Assembly: GCA_017505705.1 (NCBI GenBank) | Contig: JAFVOS010000008.1 | Location: forward strand, 880-64,879 | Direction of reading: 5' to 3' | Length of the DNA stretch: 64,000 bases | Source: Alphaproteobacteria bacterium | GTDB lineage: Bacteria > Pseudomonadota > Alphaproteobacteria > Rs-D84 | In this document: positions 52,493 through 62,588 of the stretch, in pieces | Layout of the letters: the number at the start of each line of letters is the position of its first letter | Numbering within the stretch: the first letter of the stretch is position 1 | Made by a program: the position numbers and the translations under genes | The notes under the pieces: model-generated | Told to the model about the DNA's origin: nothing | Databases searched by the model: none | What the model saw: the letters and a program-made list of their open reading frames with translations, nothing else

Positions 52493-53647
52493 ATGAAAAT
52501 CGGTTTTTGTATCCCTGGAATGGTAATTGGTGGGGTTGAATCCGTATTTGCGAATACACTGGATGCATTACATAAATATTATCCCGATATTGAAATTGTT
52601 GTTTTTCCGCACGCTGCACTAAGTGAGCCGTATTACATTGATTGGTTTAATAAGCGTCCATATATCACTGTTAAACCATTTTATCCACTGTGTGAAAGAT
52701 TTGAAAATGCCCAGCGTTATATGCGTGGATTTCCATTAAAGCAAATTCGTAAAATTGCATTTAGTCTGTATAAAAACTTTAAAAGATTTCAAATGGCACA
52801 CAGTCACGAATTAAATAGTTGTGATGTAATAATTGACTATGTAACGGGCAGTTCTTATAAAATGTTGCGACATGTTACAAAGCCTAAGGCCACATGGTTG
52901 CATTGTTCGATAAATTATTTTAACAATAATCATATGCATGTTCGCATGCCATATTATGACAAGATTGTCTGTATCAGTGACGACTGTATGAATGATTTTC
53001 GTACGCAGTATCCGCAATATTCGGAAAAATTGACCCGCATTTACAACCCAGTCAATTGTGCAGAAATCAATGAATGTTCCAAGACTGCACCAAAATATGA
53101 CGCCAAATACTTTTTATGTGTTTCGCGTATGGATAGTGACAAGGATATTCCAACGATTATATCGGCATTTAATAAGTTCTGGTCTGAAAATGGCCGACCC
53201 GATTGTAAAATGGTGTTTGTTGGGTCGGGAAATATACTGGATGCGATGCGTGACATGGCAAACAAATCACCTGCGGCGAAAAACATTGAATTTCTGGGCA
53301 AGGTTCCACGTCCGTTTGGATATATGCGTGGGGCCATGGCACATATCTTGTCCAGTTTTAACGAAGGTCTGCCCACAGTATTGATAGAGGCAATGGCCAC
53401 CCAGACATTAAACATATCGTCAAACTGTAAAAATGGACCACATGAAATACTAATGGATGGTGATGCAGGGATGCTGTTTGAACCTGGTAATGCCGAAGAA
53501 TTGGCAAATGCGATGTCAGATGTTTGGAACGGACGCGTTGATGCGAAACAGATGGTAAAAAACGCCACAAAATCGCTTGCTCGTTTTGAGCCAAAATCCA
53601 TCGCAAAAAGTATAGTTGATTTGGTTGTTGAGTTAAAGGACGAGTAG
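52493..53647 (+). CDS. Glycosyltransferase, family 4.
   Basis: EGLPTVLIEAMA (E-X7-E motif region) and the GT-B layout. Confidence 0.75.
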   Translation: MKIGFCIPGMVIGGVESVFANTLDALHKYYPDIEIVVFPHAALSEPYYIDWFNKRPYITVKPFYPLCERFENAQRYMRGFPLKQIRKIAFSLYKNFKRFQMAHSHELNSCDVIIDYVTGSSYKMLRHVTKPKATWLHCSINYFNNNHMHVRMPYYDKIVCISDDCMNDFRTQYPQYSEKLTRIYNPVNCAEINECSKTAPKYDAKYFLCVSRMDSDKDIPTIISAFNKFWSENGRPDCKMVFVGSGNILDAMRDMANKSPAAKNIEFLGKVPRPFGYMRGAMAHILSSFNEGLPTVLIEAMATQTLNISSNCKNGPHEILMDGDAGMLFEPGNAEELANAMSDVWNGRVDAKQMVKNATKSLARFEPKSIAKSIVDLVVELKDE

Positions 53648-54600
53648 TGAAAAAGCATTTCTTTTCTATTATTACGCCAACATATAACCGGGCTGATAGA
53701 CTTGTAAAAGCGTTTGAATCATTAAGAGGCCAGACATTTTGCGATTTTGAATGGGTTGTAATTGATGACGGCTCGACAGACGGAACTGACAAAGTCATTG
53801 CAGATTTTATTCAACAAGCTAATTTTGATATTGTATATCATAAAATATCGCATGGTGGCAAACATATGGCTACACGTGCGGCATATGAAATTGCGTCTGG
53901 GAAATGGGTTTTTGAACTGGATTCAGATGATGAATTATACGATTCAAATACTCTTAATAGTTTGTATGGTTTAATAGATACTTTACCTAAGAATTGTAGC
54001 TGTATTGGTGGGTGTTTTATTGATCAGCATAATAATATTTTTCCAGAAATTAACGGTGATTACATTGATTATGATATAAATTCTTATGTTGATACATTTT
54101 GCAATTATCAACACCTGCTGAATATTGCCTGGCTAATGAAAATAGAATATGCGCGCAGTGTTTTACCACCGGCCATACAAGATAATTTAACTTATTTCCC
54201 TGAAGCTGTTATAAATATTCGCCGTGCATTAAAGGCGGATAATTTTCATTTGCGTATATTTAATCAGCCGTGGTACAGATATAATATGTATAATTCGGAC
54301 AGTGTTTCTGTCCAAGCCAAGAAAACAAATGCGTATTGGTATTATGCAAAATCATTGCTGGAAACATTTCATGAATATAATTTGTTGTATAAATATCCGG
54401 ACTTTATAAAGCGCCTGTCAAAAAGTTTGATGAATGAAACCCCATCAGACAAAAGTGTTTTTGTAAATTATACAACATTTAAGCTAATTGGACGTCCTAG
54501 CGTTTTTTATAAACTGTTACTACGTTTGTTCTGTAAACGACTTTTATCTATTTCGCACAACGAAATATGGGCGTTTGGAATAAAAATAAAAAAATCATAA
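53647..54600 (+). CDS. Glycosyltransferase, family 2.
   Basis: IITPTYNRADRL...VVIDDGSTDGT (GT-A fold with a DxD-containing core). GTG start. Confidence 0.75.
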   Translation: MKKHFFSIITPTYNRADRLVKAFESLRGQTFCDFEWVVIDDGSTDGTDKVIADFIQQANFDIVYHKISHGGKHMATRAAYEIASGKWVFELDSDDELYDSNTLNSLYGLIDTLPKNCSCIGGCFIDQHNNIFPEINGDYIDYDINSYVDTFCNYQHLLNIAWLMKIEYARSVLPPAIQDNLTYFPEAVINIRRALKADNFHLRIFNQPWYRYNMYNSDSVSVQAKKTNAYWYYAKSLLETFHEYNLLYKYPDFIKRLSKSLMNETPSDKSVFVNYTTFKLIGRPSVFYKLLLRLFCKRLLSISHNEIWAFGIKIKKS

Positions 54601-54886
54601 CAGGATTACTTGTGGATAAGTTCGCACGTATGTATATAAAGTATGAGTATAAAAATAAAGTACAGGCAATTTGGATGATAATATCTAAAATATCGCAATA
54701 GAAAGTAGAAAGAAATTAGAAAGTATAACGGAGTCTTTAAAACCAATACCAACAAAACCTTTTTTGATTCGAATATTTTCTAATATGTTTAAATAAAGCT
54801 TGGGAAAAATCCCAAGTTTTTTTATGTCGCTATCTTCATACAGAATATCACAAACCAATCATAATAAAACTGATCAACATAATCGG

Positions 54887-54963
54887 TTTATAATTTTGGC
54901 GTGCCCAGCGGGACTCGAACCCACAGTCTCCACCTTCGGAGGGTGGCGCATTATCCAATTATG
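54887..54963 (-). tRNA. tRNA-Arg(CCG).
   Basis: Manual fold of the reverse complement: acceptor GTGCCCA/TGGGCAC, D stem gcat/atgc, anticodon stem ccacc/ggtgg with loop ctCCGaa, T arm gtggg-ttcgagt-cccgc, then G+CCA. Confidence 0.85.
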
Positions 54964-55025
54964 CAATGGGCACAACGTGACGTATTATACATTTTTATCA
55001 GATAATTGCAAGGTCTGTGCACAGA

Positions 55026-55850
55026 TTATCTGACTTTGTTATTAAATACAGTTTTTGCCCGGCGCATTGCGCTATGAATTTGTTTGCCACATTGTACAAT
55101 GGCCAATCCTGTTTTTATAAACCTGCGATTTAATTTTCGGTGTGTAATCTTGTCGTAATAGTCCATTAATTCATCTGACATGTCCGGCAATGGGAACCCG
55201 TCAAGCAGCGAAATCATTGCAAATTCATCGGTTGCAATGGCAATTGCACTGATGTCTATAATTTGATTCAAGCTGACATCATCATTACACAAAATATTAT
55301 GTGGTTTCAGATCGCAATGCACTAATCTTTCATCGCCAAATCGTGATGCAGCTTTTATCCCCATGTTATATATTGCAGATATTATTTTTGGCCATGCACG
55401 TGGCGTTGTGTTTTTGAAAACGTCTGAAAAATATTTGCATCTGTTGACCCGAAATTCATCCAGACTGGATTCAGACAGTGTTGCCTGGACATCCAATATC
55501 TGTTTATAAAGGTTTAGTATTTTGTCATCCCCAGGCAGGTTTTTAATATGTTGCGCCAATGTTTGGCATGGATTGTATTTGTATGCTTCATACCATTGGT
55601 CCAGATATCCATGAATTGTCATATCCGGGGCAGGGATTTTTTTGTCTGCCAACAGACGTGACATTTGTCTGTCACGAAAAGCAATATTGTAATCCACGAA
55701 CTTGCATACAATCGTCCCACGTTTTTTCGTGTCTGCCAGAAATATGGGGCGATCAGAAGTTGTCACATCTGGTGTTCGAACATTCGTGGCGTGTGGGTAC
55801 CCACTTTTAATTGCGCTTAAGAAAAAATTATCTTCGGTCAATGTTGGCAT
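55026..55850 (-). CDS. Eukaryotic-like Ser/Thr protein kinase-like protein.
   Basis: Catalytic loop HCDLKPHNIL and a downstream DIS/DFG-like segment. Confidence 0.55.
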   Translation of the reverse strand: MPTLTEDNFFLSAIKSGYPHATNVRTPDVTTSDRPIFLADTKKRGTIVCKFVDYNIAFRDRQMSRLLADKKIPAPDMTIHGYLDQWYEAYKYNPCQTLAQHIKNLPGDDKILNLYKQILDVQATLSESSLDEFRVNRCKYFSDVFKNTTPRAWPKIISAIYNMGIKAASRFGDERLVHCDLKPHNILCNDDVSLNQIIDISAIAIATDEFAMISLLDGFPLPDMSDELMDYYDKITHRKLNRRFIKTGLAIVQCGKQIHSAMRRAKTVFNNKVR

Positions 55851-55911
55851 TTTTAGTTCACTTTATTATTGGGGCTTGCATTATATAAACACACAGGAAA
55901 AAGTCAACAAT

Positions 55912-56983
55912 TTAACCACGTTGCAACAGACTTAACATAAAATCGTCTAAGTCCCCATCCAAGACTGCATCAGAATCTGTTTTTTCAACGCCTGTTCTGA
56001 CGTCTTTGACCAGCTGATATGGGTACAGTACGTAATTTCTGATTTGGCTGCCCCATTCAATTTTCTTTTGTGCAGCCAATGCGGCATTTTCCGCTTCGGC
56101 ACGCTTTTGCATTTCCAGTTCGTACAATTTACTGCGCAGCATTTTCATTGCCATTTCTCGGTTTTGAATTTGGCTGCGTTCATTTTGGCATGTGACGACT
56201 GTATTTGTTGGGATATGGGTGATACGAACAGCACTGTCTGTTTTGTTAACATGTTGACCGCCTGCGCCAGATGAACGATATGTGTCGATGCGTAAATCTT
56301 TGTCATTAATTTCTATTTCGATTGTATCATCGACGTCGGGCCAGACATCAACGGATGCAAAACTGGTTTGTCGCTTGCCGTTGGCGTTAAAAGGCGATAT
56401 TCGTACCAGTCTGTGAACCCCGATTTCATTTTTTAGCCAGCCATACACACGATCGCCTGATATGCGGTATGTGATATTTTTTATTCCGGCGGTGTCGCCT
56501 TCGTGTTCTTCGATAACTTCGGTCAAGAATCCATGGCGTTCGGCCCATCGTGCGTACATACGGGACAGCATCTGTGCCCAGTCTTGTGCCTCGGTTCCGC
56601 CTGCGCCGGCTTGGATAAACAAAAATGCGCCATTATTATCTGCTGGTTCCCGGAACAGGGTAATAAATTTTGCCTTGTGCGCCATGTGCTGCAGTTTTTC
56701 AATATCTGCAATAACATCTGGATCGTCTGGGGCAATTTCATATAATTCAACCAGGTTTTTATATTCTGATTCCAGGTGGTTCAATTCCGCCAACTGGCGT
56801 TCCAGTGCAGATTTTTTCTGTAATACAACACGTGCATTATCAGGATTGTTCCATAAATCAGGTTCGTTGACCTGGGTATTCAGGTCGTCAATTTGTGCCT
56901 GTATTTTTTCTGGGTCAAAGAAACCCCCTGACGGCAGCAATGTCGTCGGAAATTTGTGCAAAAACTTCATTAACCATAATCAT
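55912..56983 (-). CDS. prfB: Peptide chain release factor 2, requiring a programmed +1 frameshift at CTT TGA C (56914-56920).
   Basis: The frame-0 leader MIMVNEVFAQISDDIAAVRGFL is followed by an in-frame TGA. The +1 frame continues DPEKIQAQIDD... with SPF and GGQHVNKTDSAVRITH (GGQ) motifs. An AGGGGG SD-like element lies 3 nt upstream of CTT. Confidence 0.9.
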
Positions 56984-57101
56984 GTCTAAAATCATAGCAT
57001 TGTTTTTTGTTGAATCAACCACTTTTTAGGTGCCGAACACAAAACAATGTTTGCGTTTTTTTTGCTAATATGTTAAAATTTATTTAACGAGAGGGACCCT
57101 A

Positions 57102-58352
57102 ATGAATAAATTTCTGATGATATTTGGGCTGTTTGGCCTGTGCTTTGGTGGCTTTGATGCGCATGCTGTGTCTGCTGGAACGGTTGCGGCTGCTAATTCT
57201 GCGGCAAATCCACGCAGTGTATCAATGTATACCCCCAGTGCAGATGGTGCACGTGGAAACCAGGGGTTGGCCAATGCGTACAAGGCAAATCAGCGTAACA
57301 CATATTACATGGTGACCCAGCCAGATGTTGACACCGCATGTCGTGAAAAGATTTTTTCATGTTTGACAGATTATTGCGGCGATGTGACGGTTATCCCTGG
57401 CCAGCGTGAATCAAAATGCCAATACGCAACGGAATCAGAGTTATATAATTACACATTGTTGTGCTTGCAACGTGACAATTCTGTGTTGCTGCCCCAGTAT
57501 AATACAAACACACGTACGGGCCCAGGTGGAATGAATACGGCGGCACGCCTGTGTCCATCATACGTTCAGCAAGAATTAATGTCATACCTGTCAATGGCAA
57601 ATATGGCAAACAAACTGTCTAAATCTAATTCGGACTTATGTATTCAACGCCGCCAGGAACTGGAAGCGGCCATGGCATGTCATTCTGTCGCATTGGCATA
57701 TGGTAACGAAACATCCAGTATGCTGAACACCCATTTGACTGATTATTGTGGTGCTGGTGTCCCAGGGGGCAGTGCGGAAATGGTTTCTCGCTTTGCTAAT
57801 GCTGGTAATGTGGGGGCGAATATCTGGGGATGGGCCGAAAAAATTGTCAGCTTAAATCTTAATGAGAAAGGCGCCGACTGGCAGGCAGCGGTTGACGCTG
57901 TTTTGGCTGGATATACAAACCGTATGAATCTGGCATGTGGTGATAATCTTCAACTGAATACTGGTGCCCATGCAACTGGATCAAACGAACCAACAATGTT
58001 GCAGACAGCGGCCGCATTGGCAATTGGTACGGCATTTCCAACAACTGGCACCCAACCTGAAAATCCATATGATGATTGGTCTGTCTATATGCAGGTTGAA
58101 TCTCGTTCTGAATTATGGGACTATGACACTGCGTACCAGGTTGTCCAGGCTGGTTTAACAAATACACCATTAACCCAGAATGCATTTTTAACCAGTGCAC
58201 AAATGGACGATATGCAAACTGCATACAAACGTGGTACCAAGGTGTTTATTATTCGTGACAGTGCCCGTTGCTATACAATACCTGTGGCACAATTGTCATC
58301 AACAGAAACGACAATGTTGGCCCAAACGTTTGCAAATTGCATCAGCAAATAA
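57102..58352 (+). CDS. Hypothetical secreted Cys-rich protein.
   Basis: Signal peptide MNKFLMIFGLFGLCFGGFDAHA. The ORF is 416 aa and a terminator follows. Confidence 0.5.
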   Translation: MNKFLMIFGLFGLCFGGFDAHAVSAGTVAAANSAANPRSVSMYTPSADGARGNQGLANAYKANQRNTYYMVTQPDVDTACREKIFSCLTDYCGDVTVIPGQRESKCQYATESELYNYTLLCLQRDNSVLLPQYNTNTRTGPGGMNTAARLCPSYVQQELMSYLSMANMANKLSKSNSDLCIQRRQELEAAMACHSVALAYGNETSSMLNTHLTDYCGAGVPGGSAEMVSRFANAGNVGANIWGWAEKIVSLNLNEKGADWQAAVDAVLAGYTNRMNLACGDNLQLNTGAHATGSNEPTMLQTAAALAIGTAFPTTGTQPENPYDDWSVYMQVESRSELWDYDTAYQVVQAGLTNTPLTQNAFLTSAQMDDMQTAYKRGTKVFIIRDSARCYTIPVAQLSSTETTMLAQTFANCISK

Positions 58353-58382
58353 AAAATCCCCCAATCGGGGGATTTTTTTTAC
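58351..58382. terminator. Bidirectional rho-independent terminator.
   Basis: Hairpin aaaaaatcccccaatcgggggattttttt. Confidence 0.7.
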
Positions 58383-59998
58383 ATCATGCCCGGCATACCA
58401 CCTGGCATTTGTTGTGTATTTACCTTTTCTTCTGGAATTTCGGTCATTACTGCCCCCGTTGTCAGCATAACCCCTGCGGTTGATGCTGCCGCTGCGATTG
58501 CTGTTTTTACAACCTTGGCAGGGTCAATAATACCGGCTGCCATCATATCGACATACTCGTCGGTCTGGGCATTATATCCAAAATTGTAATCACCAGATTC
58601 CATTACTTTGCCCACGACAATTTCACCAGATTTACCAGCATTTTCTGCAATTTGTGCGCATGGTGCAATAATCGCACGACGTACGATATCAATGCCAACA
58701 TCTTGGTCTGCATTTGCGCCATGTAAATCCTTCAGTGCAGCTGTGGCACGAACCAGTGCAACACCGCCACCTGCAACAATGCCCTCTGCAACGGCGGCAC
58801 GTGTCGCAGCCAATGCGTCGTCAACACGGTCTTTCTTTTCTTTTACCTCAATTTCAGTCATGCCACCGACCTTGATAACGGCAACGCCACCAACCAGTTT
58901 TGCCAGACGTTCAGACAGTTTTTCACGATCATAATCGCTGGTTGTTGTTGCAATTGCGTTGCGAATTTCATCTGCACGTGCGGCAATGGCAGATTTATCA
59001 CCTGCGCCATGTGCCAGCAGTGTTGAATCCTTGGAAACGACAACTTTTTTTGCAGACCCCAGCACCGCTGGTGTAATATTTTCAAATGTCATGCCCATGT
59101 CATCAGAAACCACAGTTGCCCCAGTGATGATTGCGATATCTTTTAGCATTTCTTTGCGTCTGTCGCCAAAGCCAGGGGCTTTGACGGCACAAACCTTTAA
59201 TCCACCACGCAGACGGTTCAGTACCAACGTCGCCAACGCTTCTGATTCAACATCTTCGGCAATAATCAGCAATGGCTTGCCCGATTGTGCGATTGGTTCC
59301 AGAATTGGCAACAAAGCTTGCAGTCCTGTGATTTTCTTTTCAGAAACCAAGATTTGTGCCCCATCCAGTTCTGCCAACATTTTTTCACTGTTTGTGACAA
59401 AATATGGCGACATAAAGCCTTGGTCGAATTGCATACCTTCTACAACATCTATTTCTGTGTCCAGGCCCTTGGCTTCTTCAACAGTAATAACACCTTCTTG
59501 ACCGACACGTTCCATTGCGTTTGCGATTTTTTCGCCGATATCTGCGTCTGAATTTGCAGAAATTGTTGCCACCTGGGCAATTTCTGCACTGTCTTTGACT
59601 GGGCGTGCGTGTTTTTCAATGTCTGCAATAACTGCACTTGTTGCCAAATCAATACCACGTTTTACATCCATTGGATTCATACCAGCGGCAATAACACGAC
59701 GTCCCTCACGAATTAGTTTTTGTGCCAACACTGTTGCAGTGGTCGTGCCATCCCCGGCATCATCGCCAGCTTTCTTTGCAACTTCTTGCACCATGCGTGC
59801 ACCAACGTTTTCTGTCGGGTCTTTCAGTGATACGGCTTTGGCCACTGTCACACCGTCTTTTGTTGCAACTGGCGCCCCATATGATTTTTCAATCACAACC
59901 GTACGTCCCTTGGGGCCCATAGTAATCTTTACGGCATTAGCCAACTTATCAACGCCAGCTGCCATTTTATCTGTATCAAAAATAATATCTTTTGCCAT
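58379..59998 (-). CDS. groL: Chaperonin GroEL.
   Basis: Full-length Cpn60 translation with the C-terminal GGMPGMM tail. Confidence 0.95.
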   Translation of the reverse strand: MAKDIIFDTDKMAAGVDKLANAVKITMGPKGRTVVIEKSYGAPVATKDGVTVAKAVSLKDPTENVGARMVQEVAKKAGDDAGDGTTTATVLAQKLIREGRRVIAAGMNPMDVKRGIDLATSAVIADIEKHARPVKDSAEIAQVATISANSDADIGEKIANAMERVGQEGVITVEEAKGLDTEIDVVEGMQFDQGFMSPYFVTNSEKMLAELDGAQILVSEKKITGLQALLPILEPIAQSGKPLLIIAEDVESEALATLVLNRLRGGLKVCAVKAPGFGDRRKEMLKDIAIITGATVVSDDMGMTFENITPAVLGSAKKVVVSKDSTLLAHGAGDKSAIAARADEIRNAIATTTSDYDREKLSERLAKLVGGVAVIKVGGMTEIEVKEKKDRVDDALAATRAAVAEGIVAGGGVALVRATAALKDLHGANADQDVGIDIVRRAIIAPCAQIAENAGKSGEIVVGKVMESGDYNFGYNAQTDEYVDMMAAGIIDPAKVVKTAIAAAASTAGVMLTTGAVMTEIPEEKVNTQQMPGGMPGMM

Positions 59999-60015
59999 TT
60001 ATGCTTCCTTTGTAA

Positions 60016-60303
60016 TTATTCCAAGATTCCCAAAATATCTGTTTCCTTGATTAAGACATAGTCACGACCATCGATTTTTACATCATTCACAGACGAAGCC
60101 CATTTTGCGAACAAAACAACATCGTCGGCTTTTACAGTCATTGGGATTAAATCGTCACCCATATATGCCCCAGGGCCCACCGCAATAACACGTCCACGTG
60201 ATGGTTTTTCCTGGGCGTTGTCTGGGATAATAATTCCGCCGGCTGTTTTTGTTTCTTCGCTTAATCTTTCCAGCAGAACATAATTGTGTAATGGTTTAAA
60301 CAT
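60016..60303 (-). CDS. groS: Co-chaperonin GroES.
   Basis: 95-aa Cpn10 with the mobile loop, upstream of groL. Confidence 0.95.
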   Translation of the reverse strand: MFKPLHNYVLLERLSEETKTAGGIIIPDNAQEKPSRGRVIAVGPGAYMGDDLIPMTVKADDVVLFAKWASSVNDVKIDGRDYVLIKETDILGILE

Positions 60304-60334
60304 ATAAAATCTCCTTCTAATTAAACCTGTACGT

Positions 60335-60365
60335 TTTATATAGGTTAAAAATTATTGCTTTCAAG
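60335..60365 (-). promoter_or_regulatory. Sigma32 (RpoH)-type heat-shock promoter for groESL: CTTGAAA, 14 nt spacer, CCTATATA.
   Basis: On the minus strand, cttgaaagcaataatttttaacctatata resembles the alphaproteobacterial RpoH consensus. No CIRCE element was seen. Confidence 0.45.
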
Positions 60366-60411
60366 TACGTATTTTAATATGCTGTAATCGAAAAACAAGG
60401 GGAATAAAAAT

Positions 60412-60792
60412 ATGTATGATAAAAATAACGTGTTTGCCAAGATGATACGTGGCGAAATTCCAACGACCAAGGTGTGTGAAAACGAATATGCATTCAGTTT
60501 TTATGATATCAATCCTATGTTTTCGACACATGTTTTGGTTATTCCAAAGGGGGAATATAAAAACATCCTAGATTTTACAAAAAATGCAACCCCTGCAGAA
60601 ATTGCCGGATTTTGGCAGTGTTTTGCCGATACTGCAGATAAATTGGGGCTGGAATGCGAATTTAATTGTGTTGCAAATTCAGGCGCAAATGCACCGTTTA
60701 TCAAACAAAGCGTGTTTCATTTTCATTTACACCTTGTTGCGGGCGAACGCAAGCCTGCATTTCATGAACAGCTGGCGGCGGAATTTAAGTAA
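60412..60792 (+). CDS. HIT-family (histidine triad) protein.
   Basis: Motif HFHLHLV (HxHxHxx) near the C-terminus. Confidence 0.8.
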   Translation: MYDKNNVFAKMIRGEIPTTKVCENEYAFSFYDINPMFSTHVLVIPKGEYKNILDFTKNATPAEIAGFWQCFADTADKLGLECEFNCVANSGANAPFIKQSVFHFHLHLVAGERKPAFHEQLAAEFK

Positions 60793-61007
60793 TGAAAGTG
60801 TCTGTTCGTGTTATTCCACGTGCCAAACTTAATCGGGTTGATGTTCAGCCCGATGGCATCGTTCGTGTACATACCACAACCGCCCCAACAGATGGTCGTG
60901 CAACAGCAGACGTAATAAAAATGCTGGCGGCACACTATGGTGTGCCAAAAACCAGCATAAAACTTATACGTGGTGCCACATCACGTGACAAGGTTTTTGA
61001 AATTTAA
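60792..61007 (+). CDS. DUF167 (YggU/UPF0235) family protein.
   Basis: The MKVSVRVIPRAK...DGRATADVIKMLAAHYGVP pattern. Confidence 0.6.
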   Translation: MKVSVRVIPRAKLNRVDVQPDGIVRVHTTTAPTDGRATADVIKMLAAHYGVPKTSIKLIRGATSRDKVFEI

Positions 61008-61555
61008 ATTTCCACCACCATTTTTATTAATTCATCAACTGAATTCGCATTATACATTTTATAGTCGTCCAAGCTTTCAATAAATCCGCAATCAATCATA
61101 TGCTTTATCAAATCACCAAACGGCTTCCAGAAATCTTCAATGTTTAAAAAGTACAGCGGCTTTTTTGTTTCTCCAATCTGTTGCATGGTCATAATATCTG
61201 TTAATTCATTCAGTGTACCAATTCCACCTGGCAAGATAATAAATGCATCAGACAGTTCGAACATACGCTGTTTACGTTCGTTAACACCATCGACTATTTC
61301 CACGTCAATTTCTGCGTGTGCTGGTTCTTGGCGTGCGATAACATCATCGGTTGAAACCCCGATAACATGTCCGCCATTGCGCAGTGCCGCCGTCGATACA
61401 GCGCCCATCAGTCCAACGTCGCCACCCCCAAACACCATTTGAATATTGTTTTTTGCCAATGCCATTCCCACAGCAACTGCAGCACGATTAAATTCAGGAT
61501 TATTACCAAATTGATGACCACAATACACAGCGACTGTTTTTAAAAACTTACCCAT
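61004..61555 (-). CDS. LOG-family protein (TIGR00730 Rossmann-fold nucleotide-binding).
   Basis: A GGGxxGLMG block and PGGxGTxxE (PGGIGTLNELTD). Start trimmed to MGKFLKTVAVYCG. Confidence 0.7.
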   Translation of the reverse strand: MGKFLKTVAVYCGHQFGNNPEFNRAAVAVGMALAKNNIQMVFGGGDVGLMGAVSTAALRNGGHVIGVSTDDVIARQEPAHAEIDVEIVDGVNERKQRMFELSDAFIILPGGIGTLNELTDIMTMQQIGETKKPLYFLNIEDFWKPFGDLIKHMIDCGFIESLDDYKMYNANSVDELIKMVVEI

Positions 61556-61604
61556 TATCTTTTTTCCTTTATTTTCAAAAATTATAGCATAAAATACCAA
61601 AACA

Positions 61605-62588
61605 ATGAACGATAAATTTGCAGATTTTGTTCGTAAATATTCCCAAGAACCAATTGCTGTTGCGGTCAGTGGCGGTGTTGATTCTGTGTGTTTGCTGGTA
61701 TGGCTGGCAAAGTGTGGTCTAAACATAACGGCCCTGCATGTAAATCATGGATTGCGCACCGCAGCAGATACCGAAAGTAAATATGTTGCAGATTTGTGTA
61801 AATCTCTTGGGGTGCCATGCCATATTTTCTATTGGACGGGGGCCAAGCCTGCCTCAGGACTGGAAGCGGCGGCCCGTACCGCACGATACAAATTTATGAC
61901 GGACTGGTGTCATGAAAATGGTGTTGCAACATTAATGCTGGCTCACCAGGCAGACGATCAAATCGAAACATTTTTAATGAATCTGGGGCGGGGCAGTGGT
62001 TTATATGGCCTGGCGGCGATGGCACGTGAAAGCTATCGTGATGGGATTAAAATTGTTCGACCTTTGCTAAACATATACCGTTCAGAATTGCGTGAATATT
62101 GTGATAGCAATGCGATTAAATATTTTTCTGATGAAATGAACGACGACGACCAGTATACACGTGTTCGTATCCGCAAGAATCGCCATTTGTTGTCAAAAAA
62201 ACTGGGCATAGAAGACAGTCGTATTTTATTAGCCATTGAAAACTTGGGGCGTGTTCGTGATTCTATGACGTCTGACATTGATGTGATGGTTGAATCTGTT
62301 TTGTGTCGTGGTGGTGCGATGTTTTCTGATTCTTTTCTATTTGACCAAACGCCCGATATTAGATTAAAGTTCATAGGTACGTTAATAAAAAAAATAGGGG
62401 GGGATGATTATCAGCCACGCTTGAAATCACTGACAAGCGCACTAGATAAGTTATCAAGCGATTGTAAATTCACCTTGGGGCATTGTACGCTGCGCCGCCT
62501 GGGGGCCAAGATTTTAATCGTACCCGAAGGGGAAAAAACAACATTCAGGAAGCGAAATGAGAAAACTAAAAAACAAAACAGCAAATAA
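61605..62588 (+). CDS. tilS: tRNA(Ile)-lysidine synthetase.
   Basis: PP-loop VAVSGGVDSVCLL (SGGxDS). Confidence 0.8.
   Translation: MNDKFADFVRKYSQEPIAVAVSGGVDSVCLLVWLAKCGLNITALHVNHGLRTAADTESKYVADLCKSLGVPCHIFYWTGAKPASGLEAAARTARYKFMTDWCHENGVATLMLAHQADDQIETFLMNLGRGSGLYGLAAMARESYRDGIKIVRPLLNIYRSELREYCDSNAIKYFSDEMNDDDQYTRVRIRKNRHLLSKKLGIEDSRILLAIENLGRVRDSMTSDIDVMVESVLCRGGAMFSDSFLFDQTPDIRLKFIGTLIKKIGGDDYQPRLKSLTSALDKLSSDCKFTLGHCTLRRLGAKILIVPEGEKTTFRKRNEKTKKQNSK

Noticed and set aside
56462-56989. A 175-aa plus-strand ORF opposite prfB.
   Set aside because: It is antisense to RF2, which is confirmed by the GGQ and SPF motifs and the frameshift site. The ORF has a Ser/Cys-rich, low-complexity translation.
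58386-60050. Several long antisense or alternative-frame ORFs in the track, such as 58608..58934, 58959..59501 and 59595..60050. They are Ala/Ser/Thr/Pro-rich.
   Set aside because: They lie entirely within groEL on the opposite strand or in another frame. Their composition is the mirror image of the GC-rich, Ala/Gly-rich GroEL coding sequence. The groEL call is unambiguous.
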